Positions 9,416 through 22,100 of a stretch of 64,000 nucleotides of DNA are shown in pieces. The number at the start of each line of letters is the position of its first letter. Position 1 is the stretch's first letter. The translations under genes and the position numbers were made by a program. The notes beneath the pieces were generated by a model. That model saw only the letters and a program-made list of their open reading frames with translations, ran no database searches and was not told the origin of the DNA. The stretch comes from an uncultured candidate division Zixibacteria bacterium (GTDB lineage Bacteria; Zixibacteria; MSB-5A5; UBA10806): contig CAWFQL010000016.1 in NCBI GenBank assembly GCA_963817915.1, positions 224,001-288,000 on the forward strand. The letters are read 5' to 3'.

Positions 9416-9454
9416 TTATAAATATTCGTCTAAGCTGATTTGCCATTGCGCATC

Positions 9455-10909
9455 TTAATCTATCGGCAATGTAAATTCCACGACGGCGCCATTGTCGTTG
9501 TAGAATTTAATCTGGCCGCCATGTTCTTTGATTATTTTTTCGATTATGACCAGTCCCAGACCAGTGCCTCGTTTTTTCGATGTAATATAAGGCTGATCGA
9601 TCTTTTCAAGCTTTTCCCTGGGAAATCCCGGACCGTTGTCCTTGAAAATTATATTTATATTGTTTGACTGTTTGCTGACATCTATAGTGGCTTCAATATC
9701 TTTTTGCGATGCTTCGATACTGTTTTTTAGGAGATTATTGAATACTCGTGTAATCATTTGCTGATCGATACTTATTGATGGCAGGTTGTCGGGAATATTA
9801 ATTTTAATTGAGATCCTCTGGGACCCCGAATAAGACTGCGCGCAATTTTCGATTAGCTGCTTCAGAGAGCATTTCGATTTTTTTAACTCAGGCTCCCTGG
9901 CAAATGTAGCAAATTGATCGGCCAAATCCTGAAGAATCGTAATTTGATTTTGAATTGAATTCAAAGCCTGTTCGGTCTTTTCACCAGTTACCTTTTGGAT
10001 ATCGCCGCAAATTTCCCGAAGCCTGTATATTTCGATATTAATCGGAGTCAAAGGATTTCTGATTTCGTGGGCAATTCTCCGAGCTACCTCGCGCCAAGCG
10101 ACTAACCTCTGCATCTCCATCATCTTCTTCTGGTTTTCGCTGATTTCTAACGCCATCTTATTGAATGAATCAGCTAAATTAGAAAATTCGTCATCGCCGG
10201 CGAGTTCTACCTTGAAATCGAGGTTGCCTGCTCCTATCTGACGGGCGCCATTGCCGAGCACGACGAGCGGTTTCGATAGCTGCTTGCTGACAACGGCCGA
10301 CACTGCCAGGCCCGCAAATACGACCAGCCCCATGGCCATCAGAGTGGACAAGCCAAGCAGCTTCAATGATAGCTTACGATACATTTCAAGACCGCTGGAG
10401 GCCGCTACCGCCAGGGCCAATCTCTGCCCGCTCTCCGCATATCCAGCGGGCATAAGAATGGCGCATCCAATTTCAGATAAAGAATCTCCACGGGCCGCCG
10501 CAAGAAAGAAACGGCCATCGATATTCAAATGAAAGAAGCCTGATTTGCCCTTCAATTCCAACCAGAGGGAATTGGCATCAATTTGGATTGAATCGTTTAA
10601 TGCAAATAGAGTGTCGGCATTGCTTATTCTGAATGCCAGATCGACATTGTTTTCATGCGCCCATTTTAAAAGGCCGGAATTATCGGATATCGCAAAGCCC
10701 GGCTGCAATTTATCAACCAATACAGCAGATAACCTATTTTGCGATTGCTCTATCATCTGTTCGGCGTTTTCGAGGTTTTTCTCCAACGCTCCCGCGCCTA
10801 CTTTATTCAAAGTCGAATTGAGAAGGCTAAACGATAATGCCATTATCAAAATTACCGGAATCAGACCCACCGATAATATGATGATGAATATCCGCCTGCG
10901 AAATGACAT
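9455..10909 (-). CDS. Membrane sensor histidine kinase with HAMP domain, NtrY-like
   Basis: Two TM segments, HAMP 'DEFSNLADSFNKM', H-box 'AWREVARRIAHEIRNPLTPI', HATPase 'DNGPG..GTGLGL'. Confidence 0.88.
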   Translation of the reverse strand: MSFRRRIFIIILSVGLIPVILIMALSFSLLNSTLNKVGAGALEKNLENAEQMIEQSQNRLSAVLVDKLQPGFAISDNSGLLKWAHENNVDLAFRISNADTLFALNDSIQIDANSLWLELKGKSGFFHLNIDGRFFLAAARGDSLSEIGCAILMPAGYAESGQRLALAVAASSGLEMYRKLSLKLLGLSTLMAMGLVVFAGLAVSAVVSKQLSKPLVVLGNGARQIGAGNLDFKVELAGDDEFSNLADSFNKMALEISENQKKMMEMQRLVAWREVARRIAHEIRNPLTPINIEIYRLREICGDIQKVTGEKTEQALNSIQNQITILQDLADQFATFAREPELKKSKCSLKQLIENCAQSYSGSQRISIKINIPDNLPSISIDQQMITRVFNNLLKNSIEASQKDIEATIDVSKQSNNINIIFKDNGPGFPREKLEKIDQPYITSKKRGTGLGLVIIEKIIKEHGGQIKFYNDNGAVVEFTLPID

Positions 10910-10999
10910 AAGTATTAATTAGCCTTTAATTCCGTGCGATGTCAATCCTGAATTGATAGTTGGTATTAGTAAGGAAGATAAGACTGGGTGCCGATCAAT

Positions 11000-13900
11000 T
11001 TAATAAATCTTGTATATGGCTGAAAATGCCCAATAATACGGCAGGCCATTATAAATGCCATAATTATATGAATTTGCCTCGCCGACAGCCTTGGTCAATT
11101 CTATGCCATCCCGCAGATCAGTAAGCAATTTCCAAAAATAGTATGACAATGATTGTTCCGGAATTGACCAAAGAGGTTTAAGATATGAATCGAATCCATC
11201 TCTGCCAGCCAGCATTATTTCCAAGGCAATTTCCTTGCTTTTAGTCATTGAGTCTCGCGGAATTTCGCTTATAATCGAATTTGACCGGTTAATATTTTCT
11301 CCGGCAATATTTAGATATGAGCGACCGCTGATAATAATCTTTCCATAATGTTCATTACATTTACCGACCGCCTCCGCGATTCCCATAATCGCCAGCGTGG
11401 CATTATCGCTTGACGCGCTGGTGTCAATAAAGCAAGGCATGGTTTTTAAGCTTTTTCGAGTTACCGTCTTGCCGGGAAGTCCAATGGCTCTTGTTATTGA
11501 ATACATATCGGCCAGGTATGCGGCTCCGGGCCTCTTTAACGCCTCAAACGGAAATGCCATCCACTCGAAATCAGGACAAATTATCAAATCGGTTTTTTGC
11601 TCCAATTGCTTTTCGAATGGCAAAATCAGAACATTATACCAGTATTCCAACGCTGAATCAGCGCGACTCTGATATTTCATAACTTCTGAAAAAGAACCAA
11701 TATCCCTATTTATCGAAGCAGTATCTTTCGACACGCTGCTATGTATCAATGTATCCTCGTCAATGTAAAACAACTCAAGCTCAGTCGGTGTTTGATAAAG
11801 CCTTATTACCGCATTATTGCCGTTCAATTTTGTTTGCAGATCACTCAGGCTTCCGCCATACCCGGCCCAGAGCGCGATTCTACTGTTATTTTCTCCACCG
11901 GATTTTGTAAGATAATTCGAGTAATTTCCTGATGAATCATTTTCAAATAATTTTATGCTTTTGTCCAGGATCGATTCATCGACACTATCATACCTGCCAA
12001 TCAAAATATTTTCCTCTGCCAGCTCGCGCACGAAGCCGACTTCAAAATAAGCCAATGACGAAGATAGATCGCGAATTTCAATTTTATATGCAGCATAATC
12101 ATCATAAAATTGCGCGATGTTGCCATCGAGAAAATATTTATTCCTGAAGTAACCTGATTCAGTCGGAATTATCCTAACAATCGAATCAGCGCTCGCCAAG
12201 TATTTTTCTAATTGCGGTCCCTTAAGCGATTTCCCCATGTGGTAATATGCACGCCATTTCAAAAAGCGTGTAACGGCAGGGTTATTATGTTCGGCCGCGG
12301 CCAAAAATAATTCGTTCGCTTTGTTTTGATCGCCGCGCTTTTCATTTAGTAAGGCCAATTGATATTGACAGAGAGAGCGCATGAATTCGTCCGATGTGGA
12401 ATCTGATATACTCTGAAAAAGCGAATCGGCTTTCTCGCCAAGGCTCGCACGAGTAGCTGCCTGCTTAAACTCTAAAATATAGTCCTTTTCAGCCAGCGAA
12501 TCGGATTTGATATATTCCAACGCTAATCTGTATTGTTCGAGCGCACTTTTGTAATCGTTCTTCTGGCGGAGAATATCGCCGATTTGCTCATAGATACTAT
12601 GGTATGTTGGCCTCGAATCGCCGGTAGCCGTTGCCAACGCCTTTTGGGCATAAAACCAAGCCGAATCCGTCTTATCAAACCATTGATATATTTCACTCCT
12701 CTCAAGACTGCCCTGAATACCATAATATTTACTATCCGGCAGGCCTTCCAATTGAGTCAGAGCTTTTCGCGGATTGCTATTCAATAGATAAGAATGGCTC
12801 AAGAGCAGTCTGCTTCTAAAAACCGAGAATGAGTCTCCAGAAGTTTGCGAATATTTGTAAGCGTCCTGCAAAATTGTATTTTCTCGACCATAATAATAAA
12901 GAGCATTATATATTTTCGATATTGCGGACGAGACACGATAGGCATTGCGATAATCATTATTATCCAGATATGGCTGCAATGATTTCGAATAATTCGCCCC
13001 GGCTTCAGCATAATTATTCTCCATATAAAATGACTGACCGAGCGTGAAATAGGAAGCCGCCTTTAATGTATCATCATTCGCCCCCTCGGCCAAATTTACT
13101 GCCAGAATTGCATACTTTTTCATATCGTCAGGCTTTTTTAAGTCACTATAATATCGAGCGAAATCCAAATATCCTCTAACTACGATACTGGAATCACCTG
13201 ATTTAATACCGATATCGATCGATTTATTAAGCGCCAAGTATTCGTCATCGTACAGTTTCGCGTTGCGCGCGATTCGCGCGTAATCCTGCCACATTTTCGC
13301 CTGTGTATTCAATGGCCAAAACAAACCGTTTATCATTTCTTTTTGGCTGCTAAGGGCTTTGCGGGAATTGCCCGCTCTAAGATAGACTCCGACTGCGCGA
13401 TCCATCACGCTGTATTTGTCTGAAACCGATATTCCCGACCCTTGCCACTGAGCTAGCCCCGAATCATATAATCGTGCCGCCTTATTCCAATCTTTCAATG
13501 CGGCCGCGCTATCCGCTCTCGCGATCGCTTGTTTATACCATAAAGCTTTTATCGTTTGTTTGTCTTTCGAATTCCAGCCGTTATTTCCATAAAAACAGGC
13601 CTTTTCACTTTTAAAATTATTCAGGCCGGTCAATTTATAAGAAGTGTTAAATCCCTCAGCCGGACTCTGGGATTTTATTTTATCGAAAAAACTTAATAAA
13701 AATTCATTATATTGATTTTTCGAAAGGGAATCTGATAATGTTATTATGGCTCCGATACCGTTGGCCGAAAGTGATTTAAGTATCAGCCATTTATCGGCAG
13801 CTCTATTGATTTCGGGGAAGCCGGTAATAATCAATCCAAATCCATCGGTCGAGAATTTGATAATATCTTTCACATAGAATCTTTGTCTACTACTATCCGA

Positions 13901-16900
13901 ACCATCCAGCGAATATTCCCAAAATGATAGCAGCGGATTTTCGCTATCATAATTTAGATGACCATCGATGACGATCCATCCAATGCCATTTATACTATTG
14001 CCGGCTATCAAAGTATCAGGGGCTATTTCTACTGAATTCAATGAATTGAGCTCGGCAGAATCCAATATTGAATCGTCGAATTTAATATGGCATATATTTT
14101 CGAGCGAGTAATTATTCCGGTTCTGCCACTCGAGGCAATCATTAATTGAATAGGCGCTTTTTATTGTCTTTTGCGGATAATATTTATACAGCAGGTTTCG
14201 TAGATATCCGCCGAAATTCCCTAACGATGAAACTATAACCGTTTGCTTTTTCTCTAATATTTTGGCTGCTGATGTTGGCAACGAATCGTTTGACCGATTT
14301 ACGACAAACGAATTGATGCTATCGTGATCGATGGCCAGGACTTTGATGCTATCGTTATAATCCACGGGGAGAAGATACAATTCATCATTAGATATATTTT
14401 TCTGCAGTGAAATTGGAGATTCGGTTTCGAAATAGCAGGAAGGAGGCCAAGTTGGTATCGGCCGCGATCGCCTTATTCCTCATATCAGCAAGTCTTTGAT
14501 ATTGATGGGACAACTGATCACTGGTCTTTTTCAGTTCGATTTGCCCCTGGCTTCCAAGGTGTTCGAGCCGGCGTTTGGCCGATTTTAATTCGGTCAAACT
14601 ATTCGTATAATCCTTAACCTGATTGATATAGACCGAAAACAGTTTGCTTCTTGAGTCCTGTAGAGGATACAAATCGGCCCTCGCCAGTAAATTATATTTG
14701 CACTGCCTTTCGATATAAGACAATGCATCGATCAAATTATCCTTTTGCATGGATATTAGAAACGCCCGGTCGTAAAGGCTATTGACGAATTGAATATCGT
14801 CCTGAATAATTTTCGAAGGGATAATGCTCTCGTAGGAATTTATGGCATCGTTGATAGAAGTGATTGAACTATCCTGGCTGAAAAATAGCCCTGATATTCC
14901 CTCGAATTTCGAATAGATATTTTCCGATAACGACTGATTTGCTGCATGTAGCGGCAGAAGACATATCTGAATTGGCTGTCGGGATATCTGAAAGAGCCAA
15001 TGATGCTATCGAATGATTGGCAAGAAGCACGGTCATCATTGACTGCTCTCTTCCGTAGGGTATATCAGCCATAGCGTCTTGAAATAGTTTGCGGCTTTCC
15101 TGTAGCAGAGCGGTTGCGTTTGATCCCAGATTATTTAAGTCATTTATCCATTGCTCCAGATTAGCGCCATTGGGAAGTGTTTGAATTTCCATAATTTGAA
15201 TAGCCCGATAGAATGCTATAACTCCCATGATGTTTTTCAGATTAGCCCTGGCTGTATAAAATGTCGGTTGAATATTCTTAAGTAATTTCGAAATTTCATT
15301 CTTTAACTTATCAAGTTCCGCTGGATAGTTTTTACTTTTGATCATGTAGCTTGATGAAAGAACGATTTGCGACCAATTAACGAGATCGGTATACGCGCTA
15401 ATATAGTCCGCCTTTTTTACAGATATGTCATAGGCATGCTCAAAGCAGGACTGCGCCGAGTCCAGCATCCCTATCTCAAAGTAATCTCTGCCCACTTGAC
15501 TCCATGCGGAGGCTAATTTGGGCCATTCGGAATTTTTTTCTAGAATTTGGAGTATTATTCTCGATGAGCCAATGGAGATCAAACGGTTGTTTGAATCTTC
15601 TGCGACTGATAATAAAAACGCGTGATTCGCTGGTTTTGTAAAACCATCGGGGTAAAGAGATCCGCCAAATGTAAACGGAGGCAATTTTATTGTCGGAATA
15701 CTAATTTTCAGAAATGTTATTATAAATCTGACACGGTCATCCTCAGTGATTCCCCCGTTTTTGGCCAGGCCTAATTCCTTAATACCCCGAAGTGCCATGT
15801 CCGATGCCCGGGTCTTATCTCCGATTGCTTGAAAACAAATAGCCTCGCCCTTGCATATATTAGCCAACATAATATGGTCTCTAATAGAATCGAAATATAC
15901 GAGCGCTACTTCATAATATTTAAGCGCAGTATCATAATCATTAAGCAATTGATAAATCATACCCAGCTTAATCGCGAATTTTGCTTTGCTCTTATTGTCG
16001 GATATTTCGACCGCCATTGAATAAAGCGTTGAAAAACAAGCTCTTGCTATATTAAGACTATCTACTTGAAATGCCGATTCACCGTAATGCATCAAATATG
16101 GTATCGTGTTCTCCCGCCTGATAATACTGGAATCGGTTTTGATCGCCGTCAGATAATTCTCGAACGCTTTTTGATACTGCGCGATCCCGAAATAACCTTC
16201 GGCGGCATTGAGATAAAATCCGGCTCTCATAAAGGGATATTGGGATGATAGCGCGATTCCGGTCAGGGAGAGATCTATGGTCTCTTCATACAATCCCAAA
16301 GGCTTTTTCGATGTTTGTTCAAGCAGGCAATTGACATATCCCAGTGATAGATAGCTCGCGGGGTTTTTAAAATCCAACTCTCTGGCGGACAATAATTCTT
16401 TGCGAGCCTTACCCAGATATCCGGTAGATTTTTCACTTTCAAAGCGCGCGACAGATTCCAGCGCGTCAAAATATTTTCGGACAGGCTGTTTATCGATAAT
16501 GCCGGCTGTTTTTTCCCATTTATTCCAATCCTTGGTGATTTCTATGCATTTCGCCGCGCCCCATAATGTCCTGATATTGGAATGATCCAATTCAAGCGCG
16601 TTCGAAAAATAGTCATAGGCGGTTTTGGCGTCCTGTGATAAGATATTTTCGCCCATCGATACTAACAGCGATACCATACTTTCCCGATAGGACCGTCGGT
16701 CCGCCTCGCTGTCGACAATTTGAATGTAGTTTCCCGATGAATCATAATAGACTTTAGCGAGTAGATAGTCATTTCGCTTTCTGGCAAGGTCTCCAAGCCG
16801 TTCGTATGAATAAAACATGATGTCTTTTTCATTCGGATAGTTCGAAAGTATCTCATTGTATTTCCATTCGGCGGTCAGGCTTTGCCCGGAATAGTAGAAT

Positions 16901-18538
16901 CTATTGGCTTGTTCCAGGACCGCAAACGCCGATAATCTTTTGTATTCCGAAAAACTGTTTCGAATAGACTCCAACATTCCGGTGGCGATATCCGTCGGTT
17001 CTTTCCGTGTAATATTAATTATATCCCCAATCGCCGAGTCGCCCCAGGCGGCATCTTTTCCGAAATTATCGATATAATTTACATAGATGACGACCAGGTC
17101 CAATGGATCTCCGGTAAAGCTTGAAACCATATTTCGCAATTTTAGAAGCTGCAGATAGGAGACAAAGCCGCTGTCGGAAGGGTACCGTTGTATCCCTTGC
17201 GTAATAAGACTATCGCTGATGTCGATATTCCCGATAATATTCCCGGCAATGACACAATGGATATAAGCCTTCTTTACAATTTCAGATGAGAGACTCGCAT
17301 CGTTAACCAACTTACGTGTCAAATTCAAGAGGGAATCCCATCCGGTGGTCTGCAGATTCTCCAGGCCATCCTGAAAATCCAGCCAGGCTAAGTCTAATTT
17401 GATATCTGCCCGAAAATTATTATCGGTCGGTAGACAACGCCGGCGATAATTCCATCCGAGCCAGTTCTCGCAGATCCAGATTGCCGTAAATTTCTGCTGA
17501 TTTAATTAGGGAAGATTTGCAGGAATCCGGGAAATATTTATAAGCCGAATAATAAGCATCTGCCAGAACAATCGAATCTTTATAATTTAATGAAAATCGT
17601 AATATAGAGTCGGCGAATAGCTGTTGTTCCCGAAACGTCTTAAGCCTTGGTGTCAGGCCATCGATATTAAGCGAATAGATATCACCATCGCTACCGACCG
17701 CGGCCAGGCTTCGTTCCCGAGAAATCGCGGGCTGGTCGAAACCATACCCATAATATAGGTAGGTGACAGTATTATCATTTAATCTCAGGGTCGCTATATT
17801 GGGAATATCATCGAGATTGATTTTGTCATTATTGTCAGTATCCCGGTTTCTATTAGAATAAATAATCTCCGAGCCATCAGGAGTATAAACGGGATGTGTG
17901 GCGATCCCATCTCCGGTATTGAGCAAAATCTGAACGGAATTACTGACATCATAAGTCGCCAGTCGCATTAATCCTGACGAATCGACAGTTACATATACGA
18001 TACTTTCGCCTGAAGGCGCGAATGACGGTTCTTTTCCGGATGGGCCTTTAACGGAATTTTTGACTTTAGTATCATAAAAATAGATAACCGGCTGTTTTTC
18101 GTTATCGATATGAACATAGGCTATCTTCTTATTATTTGGTGAAATGACTGGGCTATCGAATGAGCCAGGGCCCCCGACTAATTTTTCCGTTTTTGTCCCT
18201 TTGATATCGCTTAAATAAATCTCGCCCCCGGCATTATCCTTGGTAGAAACATATAAAATCCGGTCATTCCCCCAGAACGACGGTGAGTATTCAGAGGATG
18301 TGTTTTTTGTGACCTGCCAGCCTTTTTTGGATTTGAGATCAACAACCCAAATATCCTCGTTCCCGCTTCGAGTCGATGTGTAGGCCAGATATCTTCCGTT
18401 AGGCGAAAACGAAGGATCATAGTCCGGAGCAAGGTGACTCGTAATCGGCGTCGGTAGATTTAATTCAGATGCGACCAGCCCTCCGCCAAGAATCAGTGAG
18501 GCGATTGCTATAATTTTGAAAATTCTGCCTATAGCCAT
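11000..18538 (-). pseudogene. Giant (~2500 aa) signal peptide-PD40/TolB repeat-TPR-CHAT-like-TPR-CHAT-like gene, split into four ORFs (18538-17420, 17328-14869, 14750-14388, 14380-11000) by three +1 frameshifts; may be intact in vivo
   Basis: At each junction the downstream frame stays open across the upstream stop. PD40 motifs 'DYDPSFSPNGRYLAYTS', many TPRs, and CHAT scaffold motifs 'LIICPDFEWMAFPFEAL', 'LWSI' and 'PYYWA'. Confidence 0.75.
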
Positions 18539-19111
18539 CTACTTCCTTTGCCATTTGCCGGATGATTCTTCAATCCACGAGCCGCTGGGAGAAGAGCGAG
18601 CCATAAGGCCGGCGAAATCCTGTCCCGCGATTTTCAAACTGTCTTGCGATGTTATCCCGCGCGAACTGGCGTAAAATTCCAATATGATTTTGCGATCATG
18701 ATTTTCGGCCTCGACCAGATTATTTACGGCATCGATCCCCTGAATTGTATCCGACATCACGCGTACTGTCCCATCGATTTTTTCGCCCACATATCCCTGT
18801 TTTTTCAATTCATTCAGGTCGCCCGAAATTGTCTGGCGGCGAATTTGGGCCAGAATCAATTCTCGTCTCGAGTTTCTATCGGATATTATGGAAGTATCCG
18901 CGGGAATTTTGAATTGATCCTGGAAAAATGTTCCCCCAGACCATACCGCGGCAACCATCAAGGGGTCTTGAGATAGCCGTTCTTGTTTTCCAAGGAGCTG
19001 ATTTTCAAGGGCGGTTTTATCGGATGTAATCTTCATCTCAGGCGGTTTTATAGTGCATCCTAATGATAAGATTAATCCTGCCAATACCATATTGCGAAGG
19101 TTTATTGCCAT
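18539..19111 (-). CDS. DUF1318 (YdbL-like) lipoprotein
   Basis: Lipobox 'LSLGC', then 'ELKKQGYVGEKIDG', 'LVEAENHDR', 'SPSGSWIE..SGKWQRK'. Confidence 0.8.
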   Translation of the reverse strand: MAINLRNMVLAGLILSLGCTIKPPEMKITSDKTALENQLLGKQERLSQDPLMVAAVWSGGTFFQDQFKIPADTSIISDRNSRRELILAQIRRQTISGDLNELKKQGYVGEKIDGTVRVMSDTIQGIDAVNNLVEAENHDRKIILEFYASSRGITSQDSLKIAGQDFAGLMARSSPSGSWIEESSGKWQRK

Positions 19112-22100
19112 CCTGCCTCCTTCAAATTATCAATTATCGTCTTTATTGGTATGCGGCCATACCTTATTGGCATCGGAATCCTCAAAATCGGGATCGCCTC
19201 CGCAAAAAATGGCTGATCCATATAAATTTCCGGATACGCGGCGCCATGTTCTATCTTAAATGAGAAACTTTTCGGTCTGTAACTTAGGTCGATTATTTTG
19301 AGAAATTTTCTGTTCAATAGAGCTCGTGTTTGAGCTACGCCGGGATTCTGATTTTGAGGATCGATGACATCCAGAACCCTATTTGCTACCTGCGGCCCCA
19401 TTTCGGTTATATTAAATACGCCATCGAGCGTATAATCGGCGCCGGGCGCTATAAGGCCTCTGCCCCTAAATGAAAAATCAGCCGAGAAAAGAGCCGAACT
19501 CTCCTGAGGTCCGAACGATCCAACAAGCTGGTTGAAATCAAGACTGGCTAATTCGAGCGACATTTCATATCCCAGCCTATCGAAATTAGGAAATTCGCGC
19601 ATCATGTTTATTTCGCTAATATCGAAACTGGATTTTCCTACGAAATTCCCACCGAGAATATTGCCGGTGATCAATGGCATCATCAGGACACCATCGCGGA
19701 ACGATAAATCGACCGAAATATTATCTACATTGATATCGGGCGCGCGTACGCTGCCAATCGTAATATTCCCGAACTTCCCTTCGGAGATCATTCCCTGTCG
19801 GTCGCGCCTGTAAGTCGATATAGGAAACATGCTCCCGACAGGTTTCTTGACGAATAACGAATCGTACATATTCATCGTACCGGTTATTGGCGCATTTCCG
19901 GTTATACCACTGCACGATATCCCCGCTGGCCCGACAATTCCGAGGCTATCGAGATTAAATTGGCCGCCGAATTTCAGCGTATCGCCAAGCTGATCGGTTT
20001 CAAAATCACAATTTAACGCTCCGTAAATCGAAATCATGCTGTTTAACGCTGAAGTATCCGGCGAATCGCGCTTAATTGAGTATTTGATATTGGAAAATGG
20101 GATATCTTTTACCGAACCAAATTCGCCGGCGCAGACAATACTTGTTCTCAATGATGGGATAAGGGCAGTCAAGTTTCCCAGTTTCCAGATTGAATCTGAA
20201 CCATAGTCCAGGCGCGCGCTTATAGGAATATTTTCAAATGCGATATCGGAGTAATTCTCGGCGTAAAGAGCGCCAACAGTATCATGAGATTCGATCGACA
20301 TTTCAAGTCCATGCAGGCTAATCTCAGATAACCCGGTAAATTGGCGGATAAGTATTTTATAATCTTCCAAAAGCACATCGGTTGGCTCGATAACAATTGA
20401 AATTGCCCCACTCGGATTAATACTGTCAGTTGGGCTGGATATATTTCCATTAATTTTAGTGAAACCCGAGATGTCCATCGGCCCCAATATCTCTGTCAGA
20501 TTTTTCGGGAAAAACGCGGGCAGTTGAGCATCGTCGATATTAAGATAAAATCTGGCGCTGATGCTGTCTTTGCTTGACTTCGATAACGGATAATTCGCGG
20601 ACAGATTACCATCGAAAACATTATCCAATTTATAATTTGCATCGGCCCTGATTCTATCTTTATCAATCATGGCATTTCCCTGAAGGTCAAATTTCCGGTC
20701 GCCCAATGAAAGAGTGTCATTTCCCGAAACAATTGACATGCCCATCCCGGCGATATCAGATTTAAACGCGACCGAGTCCCTGTGTCCCGAAAGAGAGGTA
20801 GTCATATTGATTTTGCCGTTTGCCGACATCTCGCCATTTGTCATCAGACGATTCGATAAATTCGATAGATCGAGATTATTGGCCGCGATATTGAAATTAA
20901 CATTAGATTTTTCCAAGACTGCATTTATGACCATATCGCCGCCGAAGAAATCCGCGATCTTCCCATCTAAATCGAACGTGACAATATTATCATTGATACC
21001 GCCATTTCCTTCCAACGTTAAATTAGCAATCTTCAAAGCCTTATCTTTGGCCAATAGATACCTGACACTTTCCACAGACGAAGCAATAGTGCCATTGGCC
21101 GAGCCATTTGTCCCATCCACAAGAATGCTGCCGTTGAGACCGGCCACAAACGCTGTGTCGCTATAATTTATGGCCAGATTTGAAAGCTCCAGCCCAAGAT
21201 GGTAAACGAGGCTTTCCGTCGAAATGTTTATAAGGCCTTTATCGAGCGATATCGCCCCATCAAGCTTCAATGGCATGCCGGATTGTCGGATCAAACCTGA
21301 GAATTGTTCTAATTTCCAGATAACTGGATCCAATACTATCATTACGTTGGGATTTTTGTTGATCTGCACCATCCCACCGCCCGAAATCAACCGACTGTTA
21401 TTTAGAGAGATTCTCATCGAATCAATATCAACCGAATTGTCGTTGATATTCGTGGTGGAATTCAGGGAAGCATCTACATTTCCAATATCATACTTGTTCC
21501 CAAAAGTAGCTTCAATATTCGATATGCTTATATTGAAATTCTGTCTTGATTTATCAACGGTCGAAAATTTTCCCGAAGCCGCTATATCCAAATTGCATTC
21601 GATCCCGATTGTATCCTGCTCATAATGAATTTTGCCATCCTTGCCTTCTGCCTCATATGCAAACGAGAAATTCTTGATATTTGTGAAATTCAGCTTTGAT
21701 ATTGCCAGCTCAAGGTTCATATCAGCCTGAGGGCCAATCACCGCGAATGAGCTGACGACGCAGCTATCCATAATTACCCTGAATGGCAATTCGACTGTTT
21801 TAGGTTGGGATGTATCCGGAACGGCCGCCATTAGAGATTTGGGGATATTTCCGTAATCAAGCAAACCACCATCCACCAGGATATAACGGATCTTCAGCTT
21901 TTTCGATATTAATTCATTGGGGGATATTTTGATTCTTATGCTATCCACCGAAAACCATTTGGTGGAATCTTCAGAATTAAGAAGCGTTAATCCAATAATT
22001 TTTATTTGAAGCCAGTTGTCAATCTTGAGTGATTCTATTTGAACTTCGCTTGCAGTTGATTTTCTTAATGTCTCTGAAGCTAATGTCTTTAATCGATTAT

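Noticed and set aside
11000..18538. Active caspase-like (CHAT) anti-phage protease system
   Set aside because: The protein has a signal peptide, lacks an evident His-Cys dyad, and has no adjacent gasdermin, CRISPR or other effector gene.
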